The notes under the pieces were generated by a model. The model saw nothing but the letters and a program-made list of their open reading frames with translations. It was not told the origin of the DNA and ran no database searches. From NCBI RefSeq assembly GCF_006345805.1, contig NC_042998.1:77314001-77378000 (forward strand): a DNA stretch of 64,000 nt, in the 5' to 3' direction. The translations under genes and the position numbers were made by a program. Of this stretch, positions 51,276 to 63,062 are shown piece after piece. Origin of the DNA: Octopus sinensis. Its lineage: Eukaryota. How positions within the stretch are numbered: position 1 is the stretch's first letter; each line of letters opens with the position of its first letter.

Positions 51276-53290
51276 CTGTGCTTGTTTTTTCAGTGGAGGT
51301 AGGCAGAGCCTGCAAAACCTTGTCTTTACTTACAGATACATTTAGAAGAGAACGATGCTTTATAACTGAGTTGGTGGTGATTAAAACTCATAACTTAAGT
51401 TTAAATTTTATTTTTCTGAAATCATCACGATCTAAGTCCGGTACATACCAAGCGTTAATATGTCAGTGTGCACATATATAGATGTATAAAATAACTTCAC
51501 TAAATTGAAAAATTGGACTCTGTGTATGCACACTAAATTGTCGCAATAGTATTGTAGGTTATGGCTTTTGCTTCTGGATGACGTTTCGCTATGATTAGTT
51601 GTTGAAAATATTTAGAAATACTGCTCTATAGATCTATACTGCTGTGGATAACGTTCTGTTGACTTACAGATTTGCAACATGTCAGGCTTTTGGAGTATTG
51701 ATTTCTTACATGTCACGATTATTCAGGTTTATTAAGAGGAGTAAATGAGATTGTCCATCGTTCATAACATTCGTAATAGCTTAAGTGGCATAAGTGGAAG
51801 TTAATGAAATCGATTTAACCATAAAAGCTAGGATTTGACTAACAGGATATTAACTGCATTTCAGCCGTGTTTAGTCAGATTTTTAATAAAGTTTGTCTCT
51901 TTCTCCTTTGTGAGTATCGGTAACATAATGTATCAGTGTACATTGGGGTCGCTGTTCTGGACTAACCCAAACCGTCGCTTAAAAATTGCTGATTTTCTGC
52001 CTAAAGTAGGAAACCATTAATTTGGATAGAATGATTTTTGTATCACATTATGTTGTGAATAGTGTTATTTTCGAATTATTCTCCCTGTGCATTTCATCTA
52101 TAGCCACGTAAGAATACAGTGGTGCATTCTTTACCCAATAATTATACTAAAGTAAGAGAAAATGGGATTAAATTTCACATTTCAACAAAATGAACTAATC
52201 ATAAAGCAATTTGTATTGCTATATTAATGTTTCAGCACTTTCTAAAATTCTCTTTATCATTTATTGTTTCAGTGCTTAGGACATTTCTATTATTGCTCCG
52301 ACAGAGCGACAAATGACTATAATTAATATTACATTAGGTGCATTGGATTAGACACCACAGGAACCGTAGATGTGTACAGGACCGCTGTATAAAGTTACAA
52401 AGTTACTTCATAGTCTTATTATACACCATGCTTATACAGTTGTCAAAGTTCGTCATTTTAAATTATTATTTTTTTGTGTTGTTGTCAAGATTGTGCTACT
52501 TTTAAGAACAAAAAAATTAATACAAAACACCAGGTTAATATTAAAGCTGATATTTTATTCAAATATTACCAAGATTCTTTTAGTATATGTAGAAAATATT
52601 TAACCACTATTAATAAAAATATCTGGGTAACCGGCTTTCACAGTACTGTTGATCTAATAAAAAATATTTGGCTGCCGACGTTCTGTCCAAGTTATGTCCA
52701 GCAGATGTAATTTCTTCATAACTATTTGGTCACTAAATTTCTTGATTCCATCCCCTCATTACCGCACACATCTGAAAAACTAATGTAACAAACACTTCAA
52801 GATACAGAAAATTTTGCTTAAGAGCAGTCTCTACTTGTTAGTTCTACACACAAGACAAATAATAAATCATATGCTATGAGCATAATATAGACGGTTATGT
52901 TTGGTAATATATGTTTCTTTATTAGCCACACAGGGCTGCACACAGATAGAACAAATTACAAGGTAGAGCTTTTCTTTTGGGGGTAAAAAAAAGGGAGTGG
53001 TGGTTTTCGATCAAAAGGGATCGTAAAAGGAAAGAAAGAGGACTAAAAAAAGGGAGGGGTTAATAAAAAAAATAATAAAAAAAAGGTGGGGTGGGAGAGC
53101 AAAAAATTGATCAATAGGGATCGTTATCACAGAAATGTCAATATGAAGTGTAAAGGGGAGAACAGGTGAGGTTTACCCGTGGAAAGAAAAGCCTACGGAA
53201 AAGACCACGGTAACCTCGGTCAATGAAGTCACATGTTATATTTCTTTTTTTTTTTGCAAATAAGCAACTCTCTGTATTAATTTTTACGGT

Positions 53291-56200
53291 TCATAGAAAC
53301 ATAGTCAAGGTGGCTTCGTCATTCATACGTGCCATCCTTGCTACATTCACCCATCTTTTTTTAAAACATTCACTAGACAAAACTTGCCTCTCTACTCTCA
53401 CTTTTTTCTTCAAGTGATACTTGAAGAAGTTGATGAGAGATTGACCAGAGAGGAAAGTGTTTGTCTCTAATCCTTTCAGACGCGTCCACCAGATACATTC
53501 TTTCGCCATAGCCACAAGTATGATAAAAATAGCTCTTCCTTCCCGTTTGAAGGAAGGAGGCGTGACGATATTAACGATAGACTCGGCTGATAAACCGACA
53601 CGCTCCACACGTGACAGCAGTCGTTCGACATAAGCCCACAGGTGGGAAATTGCTGGACACTGCACGATTGCGTGCAGAGCGGTTTCGTCGCTCTGCCCGC
53701 ACCTCGGGCAGGTCGGCCCCGTGTTTCTCGAGCCATGCCTATAGAGCTTATCCCGAACGGGTAGCGCTTCTCGGTAGCACCGCCAGGCCAGGGATCTCTG
53801 GAAGTTGTCCATAGGTCCCGGGCCGAAAGTCGTTTGAAACAGGCGGGTCAGGTATTCCTCGTCGACGCCCAGGTTTGCCCCGAGCTCGTCGTCGTACCTC
53901 CCCTCCACTAATCCCCTATAGAATGCTTTGGTTGTGTTGAAGTCGCTCAAGGTCGACCCGGGACGGCAGAGTTGCTTGAGAGCAACGCGACACTCGCGGT
54001 GCCATTCGCCCTTCCTCGGCCTCTTTTTGATCCACGACTGTAGTTCGGTCATGGAGACGAGTTGCGGGAATGCGTGCCTCACAAACGGCGACCACACCTG
54101 TTCACCGTCGTCTACATAGAGCCGGAGATGTCGCAGTCTCAGCGCGTGTCTGCGCATCATCAACCACGGCATGCGCAGCCCTCCTTTTAACGGGTGTTGA
54201 CAGCAAATGGATCGCCTGACCATCGGGACGCATCCTTTCCACAAGAAGCGGAAGAGGATGCGTTCTAGTTTGGTGATGGTAGGGTCGGGACAAGGTACGA
54301 CGGTCAGGCGGTAGTAGATGATGGACGCGATGTACGCGTTCACCACCTCCGCCCGACCTTTTAGGGACAGTTTCCTCTCGGCCCATTGCTGGGCGAGAGT
54401 GACCACCCTACTCGTTATCTCGTTCCAGTTCTTCTCCATTTGGAGGTCCGGACCGAACCAGACCCCGAGCAACTCAACCGGGCCGTCTGTCCAGCGTCCC
54501 ACGACGGAGGTACTGGTGGACGGCATGGGCTTGCTTCTCCAGGTGCCGAGCCGCAAGCCCACTGACTTTTCCCGGTTGATTTTTGCTCCTGTCACCGCTT
54601 CGTAGTCTTTCAGTGTCTCGCCGACCCGCTCGATGTGCTCGTGGCTTGATACTATGACGGTGACGTCGTCCGCGTATGCAGACACGCTCGTCCCGCATCC
54701 TAATTCTCGCGGGATGCCCCTCAGAGTCGCCAGCTTCCGCAGTAGTGGCTCAAGAGTCAATACGTATAGAAGCACCGAGAGGGGGCATCCCTGACGGACC
54801 GAACGTGCAATGTCGAAGGGTCTCGATAGATGTCCATTTACGCGAATTACCGAACGGATGCCCCTGTACAAGGCAGCTATCCAGCCGCGGAAGACGGGAC
54901 CGAAACCAGCCGCTCTCAGGACTGCCTCCAAGTATCGATGGTCTACCCTATCAAAGGCTTTCGATTGATCCAAGTTGATCAGGGCCCCACCCATGCCAGG
55001 TTCGTTAACTACCCTGTCTATGATGTAGCGCATCAGATGGAGGTTGTCATGGATGCTCCGGCCCGGCACGGCGCACGTTTGTGCGTTGTCGACCAGTTTC
55101 TCCATGACAAGCGCCAACCTCTTGGCTAACACCTTTGTCAAACTTTTCAGGTCTGCATTGAGCAGAGTGATTGGCCTAAAGTTATCTATAATGTTTCCCT
55201 TGTTTGGATCTTTCTTCAGCAGAGTTACAGCTCCTCGACTCACAAAACCGGGTATGCTCCCGTTTTGCTGCCAGTTGCAGTATACCGCTGCCAAGACGTC
55301 TCCAAACAAGTCTGGCATACAATAGTAAAATTCGTAGGGTAGACCATCCAAACCCGGTGATTTGTCCCTCGAGCATTCTGCCATCGTTTCCCGCACTTCC
55401 GCCGCCGTGATGGCACCTTCGCAGCACCCTGGCTTTCTTGTCGAGAGTCGTGGCAGGTTATGTAGGTAGGCACTGAAGTCTACCCTACGTTCTTGCCCTC
55501 CACTCGTCCCGAACAGTCGGGCAAAATGCTGCTGAAAGGCCTCACACATTTTACTTGGCTCGAGCAATTCGCGCCCCTGTTCATCTACCAGTGACCGAAT
55601 GGTGGCTTTGTTGCCCTGTTGCGCCTCTGCCACCCGGGCCTCTCTCGCGGCTCCAACACCTTCGTTCCTTAGAGCACGCATCCTAGCTCTGACAGCACAT
55701 CCTTCGTGTTTGGCGTTGAAGTGTTGGTCGAGGGCCAACCTCGCCGCCAAAACGTCGGATGCGATGCCGCTTCTAATTGCCTCTTCTAGCTTCTTAACTA
55801 GCTCACCCTCTACTCTATTTCTATCTATGGCTAGTGCTTTGCTGTACCTAATCGCTTCTGCTTTTACTGCTCTCTTGAGGGCAAACCACCATTTGTTGTT
55901 GATGATGGCTCCCGTCAAAGCCCTCTTTACTAGTGTGCTAATCCGGTCTCTGAAAACTTGTCTGGACGGGAATGATGCGTTCAGTTTCCAGTACCCAGGA
56001 CCCTGACTATGTGCCTTATCTAAGTCTAGCGTACACATCACCAATTTGTGATCCGTGTAGCTGACTGTGTGGAATTGTGGACATCCTAAGTTATCCTTGT
56101 CTACTGTCCTACACAGTATCCTATCTAGATACGATCTCGACGACCCACTGCGGTTGCTCCATGTCCACGTTGGTGCATTTGGGTGGTCGAGTCGGTACCT

Positions 56201-56728
56201 GTCAGACAGTTGGAATCGTCTGAGCAGGTCTCTGAGGCATTTGCATCCCCTTCTGTTTCTGTCTCTACCCACGTAGTCTACATGCGTGTCCAAGGTAGCA
56301 TTCCAATCCCCCACTAAGAGTAAAGGACGAGACGTTCCCAAGAATACTTCTAGACGTCGAAAGAAATCCGCCCGACCTGTTAAGGGCGGTGCGTAGACTG
56401 ATACGAGTCGAAAAGCGCACCCATTGCTGTCGTCAACATCCAGAACGATCAGTCTACCCTCCGGGTCTATGAATATCGTCTTGACTTCGAGATCCAGGCT
56501 CTTGTGAAAAAGTACCGCGGTGCCACTACCGCCCATCCTCGGCAGACAGGGAGCGAAATAAATGTTAAACTGTCCGCCAAACATGGACTTTAGGGCCCGT
56601 GACTCGTGGAGTCTGGTCTCACTTATGGCTATGATTCCCAGATCATGTGACTTGATGTCATTTAGGAGGTATCCTTGTTTCCAAGGAGACCCCAAGCCAC
56701 GCGCATTCACACAACCAATCTTGACCAT
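53291..56728 (-). CDS. Tx1/L1-clade non-LTR retrotransposon ORF2: AP endonuclease + reverse transcriptase + C-terminal CCHC zinc finger (1145 aa, uninterrupted)
   Basis: APE motifs NARG, SETR, YAP, GDWN, YLDRI, TDHKLV. RT motifs SPGLDG, FRPITLLNAD, DQSKAFDRV, RQGCPLS, YADD, LGVWF. C-terminal CPRC-X8-H-X4-C (CPRCGQSDETALHAIVQC). No internal stop in the ORF track. Confidence 0.95.
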   Translation of the reverse strand: MVKIGCVNARGLGSPWKQGYLLNDIKSHDLGIIAISETRLHESRALKSMFGGQFNIYFAPCLPRMGGSGTAVLFHKSLDLEVKTIFIDPEGRLIVLDVDDSNGCAFRLVSVYAPPLTGRADFFRRLEVFLGTSRPLLLVGDWNATLDTHVDYVGRDRNRRGCKCLRDLLRRFQLSDRYRLDHPNAPTWTWSNRSGSSRSYLDRILCRTVDKDNLGCPQFHTVSYTDHKLVMCTLDLDKAHSQGPGYWKLNASFPSRQVFRDRISTLVKRALTGAIINNKWWFALKRAVKAEAIRYSKALAIDRNRVEGELVKKLEEAIRSGIASDVLAARLALDQHFNAKHEGCAVRARMRALRNEGVGAAREARVAEAQQGNKATIRSLVDEQGRELLEPSKMCEAFQQHFARLFGTSGGQERRVDFSAYLHNLPRLSTRKPGCCEGAITAAEVRETMAECSRDKSPGLDGLPYEFYYCMPDLFGDVLAAVYCNWQQNGSIPGFVSRGAVTLLKKDPNKGNIIDNFRPITLLNADLKSLTKVLAKRLALVMEKLVDNAQTCAVPGRSIHDNLHLMRYIIDRVVNEPGMGGALINLDQSKAFDRVDHRYLEAVLRAAGFGPVFRGWIAALYRGIRSVIRVNGHLSRPFDIARSVRQGCPLSVLLYVLTLEPLLRKLATLRGIPRELGCGTSVSAYADDVTVIVSSHEHIERVGETLKDYEAVTGAKINREKSVGLRLGTWRSKPMPSTSTSVVGRWTDGPVELLGVWFGPDLQMEKNWNEITSRVVTLAQQWAERKLSLKGRAEVVNAYIASIIYYRLTVVPCPDPTITKLERILFRFLWKGCVPMVRRSICCQHPLKGGLRMPWLMMRRHALRLRHLRLYVDDGEQVWSPFVRHAFPQLVSMTELQSWIKKRPRKGEWHRECRVALKQLCRPGSTLSDFNTTKAFYRGLVEGRYDDELGANLGVDEEYLTRLFQTTFGPGPMDNFQRSLAWRCYREALPVRDKLYRHGSRNTGPTCPRCGQSDETALHAIVQCPAISHLWAYVERLLSRVERVGLSAESIVNIVTPPSFKREGRAIFIILVAMAKECIWWTRLKGLETNTFLSGQSLINFFKYHLKKKVRVERQVLSSECFKKRWVNVARMARMNDEATLTMFL

Positions 56729-56778
56729 GATTCTATTGGGGTGTGTGCTTTAAAACACACAAATGAAAGTACAGAGAG

Positions 56779-58839
56779 TTACTTACTTGTGTCGAAAGTT
56801 TTGGCTTCCTCGTTCTTTGATGTGTCTTCGAGGAGGTTTTTATATAGTTTTTGGGACAGATATTTCTGGAAACCCCCTACAGCATTTGGGAAGAGGGCTT
56901 TGAGTTTGTGGTGTTGTGTTTGTGTGATGTGTAGTATTTTGATGTGTTTGGGTGGTGTAGTGCGTGGATGATTGCTATTTTTAAAGTCATCTTCACAAAT
57001 GTTTGTGTATCCTGTGATGTACTCCATTAGTTTGGAGTCTTTTGTGTCTATCGCTGATAGCATTGTTTTTGTGGTGTTGGTGCTTGTTTTGTTGTGTATG
57101 GAGTTTTCAGGGTTCAGGTATCTCCCTGCTTTGGTTGCGATTTCTTGTTTGGTTTTTCTTGATCTTTTTCTTTTACCCCCTGTGGCTATTGCCATTCTGT
57201 CGAACTTTCATCGTTAGATGAAAAGTCTGACGAATCAGCAGGGGGCAAGGGTAAAGCGTCTGGGTGTGTTTGTGCGGTTGTAGATATTGTTGTGGTGCGC
57301 GGGGAGGGTGTTGCTGGGGGGTTTGTTATGGTTATTGTCTCTCCTACATCCTTGGTGCTTGTCTTCTTCGTTGTTATTCTTGGTGTTGGAATTGGTTTAT
57401 GTGTTGTTGGTGGTGATGATTCTGTTCTTGGCGCTGGTGTTGGTGTTGTTTGGTTGGGTTGGCTTGTTCTTTGTTGTTTTTCCTGCATTTCCGCATACAG
57501 CTTCTTGACTAGCTGTCCATATTGTGGTGTGGGCAATAATCCTGGCTTTTGTGATTTTTCCTGTGGCTGTTGTTGTTGTTGTAATTTTGCGGCAGATTTG
57601 CACTCCTTTTTGAGGTGTGCCTCACTGCCACATGTATAGCATCGTGGCCTTCTGCCCTCGACTACTACGTATAACTTGCGGCCATCCTCAAGATGTACGT
57701 GGGTGGGGATTTTATTTATGTCCTCTTGACTTATGTGGAAGAGGAACTCTATTCTCTTTCCCAGCCAGTCCTTGTTTTCCGAAACAACGATATCTAGGAT
57801 GTTTAAGTCCTCCATTTCGGATGTTAAAGCGGATGTAATCCACAGTGTGGTAGTCACTTGGGGGACACCACTGATAATGACTTTCGTCACCTTCTGGCCG
57901 AGGTAACTCGGTGTCAACGTTGGTTCATCAGAATGAAGGGTTATCGTTGAGAATTTCTTCGCCAACTCTTCACTCTGAAAAACCACCTGTATCCCCAGGG
58001 CGTAAGCACTTTTCGACTTTGTCTGTGCTTGCCTTTTCTGGACTTTTAGTTTTTTTATTTGTGATTTTATATACAATTGTCTTTTTTTTCTCCTCATTCA
58101 GTATATGTTGAGGTATGTGTAAGAGTATTTTTCCGTTTTCATTTGAAATAAGGTTTATGCAATCTTTAATCTGTTGTGTAGTAAACGAAACTTTTGTTAC
58201 CTTTTCTTTTATCGCCTCGGCGAAGTTTGTTGTTGTTTTGTTATTGTTGTTACTGCCGGTGGTGTTGGTGTTGATGGCAGGGGTGTGGGTTGTAGGTTTG
58301 TGGTTGCTGATTATGCAACTAGCAAGGGGTGGAAAATTGCCTGCGTAATTTAATCCTGCATTAGCGCAAATTTCGACATTTCGTTTGCTTGTCGTCGTTA
58401 TTTTTTCACTTGTTGGTGATGGAGTGAGCAGTAGTTGAAGGGAATTGTTGTTGTCGTCGTCGTTGTTGTTGTTGTTGTTGTTGTTATTGTCGTTCTTGGT
58501 GACGGCGGTCGTGTTTGTAGTATTAGTAGCATTGACGGCACGGTCTTTGGTGGCGGTGATGGTGATGTTGGTATTGTTATTGGTGGCGATGTCTTTAGTA
58601 GGGATAGCAGTTTTAGTAGCAGATTCTGCGATGGTGTTGTTGTCGGTGTTGGTGGTGGTGGACTCACTGCTGGTGTTGACGGTGCTTGGCCTTGCGACCT
58701 TTGTTTTGTATTTGTTGCTGTTGTCGATGTTGATGGTGGTGGAGTTGTCAGGTTCAGCGTATGGTAACAGAGCATCCTGTTTTTCTGCCTCTGCGTCACG
58801 CTTGACTTGCACCTCAGCCTCGTGGTGACCAGTGGCCAT
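56779..58839 (-). pseudogene. Tx1-clade ORF1 (gag-like zinc-knuckle protein) split over three ORFs by two frameshifts
   Basis: Overlapping ORFs 58869-57970 (first ATG at 58839), 58097-57186 (contains CYTCGSEAHLKKEC, a CX2CX4HX4C knuckle) and 57195-56779. Adding one A at the CAATAG junction (57186-57191) gives ...SSTEWQIATGGKRKRSRK.... ORF1 ends 50 nt before the ORF2 ATG. Confidence 0.8.
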
Positions 58840-59037
58840 TTTGGAAATAGAATGGCTAAATGAAACCACTAAGGCTATGAGAATTTTTTCTTTTAAATTT
58901 TGCCCACAAGGGGCAAAATTTTGTGTAGATATTTATCAAAGGTTTGCAGTGGATGTTGTTGCACAACTTTTAAACACAAAATATTTGTCAATATACACTT
59001 TTGAACGTATAAAAATACCAACTTACGTGGAGCCCAA

Positions 59038-59150
<113 letters not shown>

Positions 59151-60306
59151 GAGTAGTCGAAATCCTACTAGTTCAAACTACAAATTGTATCGAATGTTAT
59201 TATGCCTGGGTTGTCAATCTGCTATTTGATAACAAAAAAGTAACAAAATATACTGGCTACCGTGCACGGATAACAAAATGTGTTGAAATCTTTTATCTTC
59301 ACCTACTTTCGGGTAGTCGAACGCCATTATATACATACATATTTAAACTCACTTTTCTTCATGTTTTATAGATATTTCCCTTAGTTTCTTTATATATTTT
59401 CTATGTGTATAACGGTATATGCCAGGATTTTATTGCTCATATATTCAAGTATCAACAAAATGATCTTTCTTACAGGCATTTATAAGAAATCAGTTAAAAC
59501 TTACAGAGTATTTTTCTATACAATCGTATTTCATTTGCTCAATCGGCGTTCACTTAAAGCTAAACAACCACACTAACATCTGGACTAAATCTCAATCATA
59601 TAATTTTCAAAATATTTCGTTTTTATGGCACAGAACGAAATCTTGTATTCACTGACATCACTCACTGAAATGTTGTTGGGTGTTATTCAAAATAGACACT
59701 TGCAGTAGCGTGAAAATAGGGATGTTATCGGGGAGAGATTATGAAATATGGTTCAGAAGAAAATGTAGTCAGTGCAGAAACATTCTTAAAGGTTTTCGAT
59801 AATACACTTAGAATTCACTTTCAATACTGAGAAAACGTTTTTGCCTAATCTTCACGTTGTGACTCAGTCACGTTCCATATTTCAATAAGCATTTCTTTCT
59901 TTGCTTGCTGGAGTTCCCTAAAGCGAAGACTATGTATGCAAATCGAATCGCCAAATATCTCCAATCTTTATCTATGTAATAATGACGAGGAATTTTTTCC
60001 TCAATAATATCGGGAATGAAATATCGGGTAATGAAAAACAGCATAACATTAGACCATGTTTATCTAATACATGATTGGGGGTGGGATTGCTGATAGTGAA
60101 TAATTGACAAGCACATTCGCTGACTTTTAATCTAATAAACTTATTATGCCTGTGAAATGTGTCCTCGCAATCAGACTGCCTTCTCAATTTTACAATTAAA
60201 AAAAATATGTGTGTTTCGTACCTCGCATACAGTTTTCGGGGTTATTTTTCTAACTCAACAAAATAATTATTTTTAGCTGTATTTACTTCCAGTTATACTG
60301 TTAAAC

Positions 60307-60403
60307 GTGGAGGCGCATGGCTTAGTGGTTAGGGTGTCAGCATCATGATCGTAAGATTGTGGTTTCGATTCCTGGACCGGGCGACGCGTTGTGTTCTTGA
60401 GCA
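60307..60403 (+). mobile_element. CORE-like SINE head with near-consensus Pol III A and B boxes, truncated within CORE
   Basis: A box TGGCTTAGTGG (60318-60328), B box GTTTCGATTCC (60362-60372), then TGTGTTCTTGAGCA and an abrupt switch to unrelated sequence. Confidence 0.8.
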
Positions 60404-60950
60404 CCCCGAAATGAAGGGGTTTGGATTGGGGCATATTTGTATGAAAAAGTTTTAAAACCTTTTTTTTACACTCCCTCCCTTATCATTCCAATCCGAGCCT
60501 ATTTTGGCCAATTTTTATTGCACTTCAAAACCACGGGAAAAGCATTTTCGGTAAAAAAAAAACTAAAAAAAAACTTTAGTATTTTCAGAGGAAAAAGTGA
60601 GTGATTTAAGGGTCATCTCGCTGTTGTTTCTAGAACATCAAAAACAACCCTCCTCGTTTCTTTATCACTCTTGCCTGTATTGATGGTGTTCAATACCCCC
60701 CAACAAATACAAGTATATGCTATAAAAAAGAAAATTTGAGAAGTTATGAATATTTTGCAATCCCACTTCCTGCTCACATTGTTTCTGTTGAGAAATTAAA
60801 ATATTGAAGAGCCTGAGAAGATCATTGCTGTCATTTATCCACAGTGATTTTTAAAAGAGTTACGTAAATGATAATTCCTTTTAATAGTATTCTTTTCAGT
60901 TAGAAAATGTTTTCTTGATTGAGGTGGAGGTAAAAATATAGATTACAATT

Positions 60951-62188
60951 TATCAGGTCATACCATAAGTCCTGTCCGATTTTACCTTTTTTAAACCTGA
61001 ATGAAATTTGATAGTATTTTAGAATGTCTAATGGAATTAAAAATTATTATTATATATTTGTGTACATTTAAAATTATTAAATACTATTTTACAGAATAAT
61101 AGAATTAAAATTTCTTTGATTAAAACCATTTCCAGCATGGAAGTATCCAAAGTTCATTTGAGGCATATAATGCTTTATGAGTACTAAAAAGGAAACGTTT
61201 TAGTACTTATAAGAATTCTTGAATAAAAGATCTTGCAGAAGATGGTTTGTAAAATTCAGAAGTGAAGATTTCAGCCTTCAAGATGAAGATCGAACAGGAC
61301 ATCCAGTAGAGACATTACTGGAGGAAAATCCTGCATTATAAGTTTAATAATTGGCAATAAAGCTAAGTTCAAATCATACAAATGTTCATCATCTTCAACA
61401 ACTTGGAAAGGTTCCTAAACATGGAAAATGGGTGCCTCATGAATTGTCTGAAAGCAATCTCAAACCCCTATTGCCATCTGCTCTTCTCTCCATTCTCCCG
61501 AAAACATTTAACCCTTTTTGGATAGACTTGCGACGTGTGACGAAAAATGGATCTTCTATCGAAATGTTAACCGTCATAAACAGTGGCTTGGTAAAAGGGA
61601 AAAAAGCTCAACCACAACCGAGAAGGGAACTTCATAGGAAAACGGTTCTTCTCTCTATCTGGCGGGATTGAAAAGGGGTAATTCACTGTGAATTTTTACC
61701 ACCTAATGCAACATGAAATGCTCAAGTTTACTGTCAGCAATGAGAGCGTTTGAAGCAAGATTTGAATAAAAAAGACCTGCTTTAGTGAAGCGAAAAGGAG
61801 TGATATTTCATCAGGGCAATGCGCCACTCCTCACTGCAAAGATCACATCACAAAAGATCGAAGAGCTTGTTTTGGGAAAAAATCCTCATCCACTTTATTC
61901 TCCTTACCTTGCTCCTTCAGACTACCATTTGTTTCATAGTTTACAGAATAATTTGTGGGACATAACTTTTGCAAGCCAAGAGGAAGACGAAACTGACATT
62001 TCAGAGTTCTTTGCTTTGAAACCAACAGAGTTTTACATTGATGGGATTAAAAAGCTTGTAAATAGATGGAAGGAAGTCATAGATAATCAGGGAAAGTACA
62101 TTGATGATTAAATTTCAATTGAGAATAACATTTGATCACTTGTTTTCTTTATTCAAAATTCGTACAGAACTTATGGGATGACCTGATA
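60951..62188 (+). mobile_element. Full-length decayed mariner (DD34D) transposon with TA target duplication
   Basis: TIRs TATCAGGTCATACCATAAGTCCTGTCCGATTTT and AAAATTCGTACAGAACTTATGGGATGACCTGATA. The transposase starts MEVSKVHLRHIMLYEY and contains WVPHELSE, TCDEKW, VIFHQGNA, PLYSPYLAPSDYHLF, with stops and frameshifts. Confidence 0.92.
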
Positions 62189-62870
62189 TTTTGTTGCTTA
62201 TATTCCACTAATGGACAACGCGTTTGTTATTTTAGCATCATCATTCCATAAAATGTGTTAAATGGGAGAAAATACTTTAAAGAAAACTCCATACATTTGA
62301 GAGTGAAAAGGAAAGGGAGGGTGATTTGGGTGGTGCTAGAAACAACAGCAAAATCTCTCCTGAATTGTTCACCTTTTCCTCTGAAGATGTCTATAATTTT
62401 TTTTTTACTGTAAATGCTTCTTTCATGGGTTTTAAGTTAAAAAAGGAAATGGACAAAATCGATCCAGATAGTTATTTTTATAAGGCTTATAGCTTTCCAA
62501 ACAGCCATAACAACAAAATTACTTTTAAATTGATTTGACAAAAACTATTCGGGTATTTTAACAAAATTTTCATTCTATAAATAATGTTTTTACATTACGT
62601 ATACATTAACAGAATAAACTGTAGGTTTTTTAAATCGCAAATTAAAACTTGAAATGAAAACATTGATAGAGAAAGTGAGAGACTTTGCGAATGAAAATGG
62701 AATACTTCGCAGTGAATTCAATGATTATTTAAATTTACGAAAAACTGGAGTTATTAAAATCAATAAACTTTAGAAATCAAAAATATAGGAAATTTCTTAG
62801 AACATGAATTTATAAAAATATTTCATAATTGCTTTCTTTTAGTACTTTTAACACACACACACACACGCAT

Positions 62871-62912
<42 letters not shown>

Positions 62913-62924
62913 GTGTGTGTGTGT

Positions 62925-63062
62925 AAAACGAGACCGATGAAATAAGTGCAAGGCTTACAAAGAATCAGTCTTGGGGTCAATTTCTTTGACTAAAAAGGGG
63001 TACTCCAGCAGAGCCGCACTCAGATTCCTGAAGCAATTACAAGATTAAAAGAATAAAAGAAT
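62925..63062 (+). mobile_element. 3' half of a third-family SINE
   Basis: AAGTGCAAGGCTTACAAAGAATCAGTCTTGGGGTC..CTCCAGCAGAGCCGCA..AAAAGAATAAAAGAAT is homologous in reverse orientation to 23570-23700. Confidence 0.65.

Larger units (their letters stand above)
52911..58885 (-). mobile_element. Apparently full-length Tx1/L1-clade LINE (5'UTR-ORF1-ORF2-3'UTR)
   Basis: Two-ORF architecture. The ~380-nt pyrimidine-rich 3'UTR ends in ...GCCCTGTGTGGCTAATAAAGAAA. ORF2 is visibly richer in GC and CpG than the flanks. The 5' boundary is approximate and no convincing TSD was found. Confidence 0.88.

Noticed and set aside
58080-58091. Programmed -1 ribosomal frameshift at A AAA AAG in ORF1
   Set aside because: The frame change needed here is +1, not -1, so the slippery-heptamer model does not join the ORFs.
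53223-58828. Many + strand and alternate-frame ORFs overlapping the Tx1 element
   Set aside because: Shadow ORFs of GC-richer or low-complexity coding sequence, with no recognisable domains.
58984-58995. Possible Tx1 target-site duplication TTTGTCAATATA versus TTTGGTAATATA (52900-52911)
   Set aside because: Only 10/12 identity in AT-rich sequence. A young element should have a perfect TSD.
59262-59285. CCGTGCACGG palindrome suggesting a Helitron end
   Set aside because: No CTRR 3' terminus or other Helitron hallmark nearby.
60307-60385. tRNA gene
   Set aside because: A and B boxes are present but it runs into a CORE-like SINE body and lacks a proper cloverleaf and terminator. It is a SINE head.
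60404-60760. Possible non-autonomous DNA transposon interrupting the SINE
   Set aside because: No TIR pair, TSD or remaining SINE half could be located, so the boundaries are unsupported.
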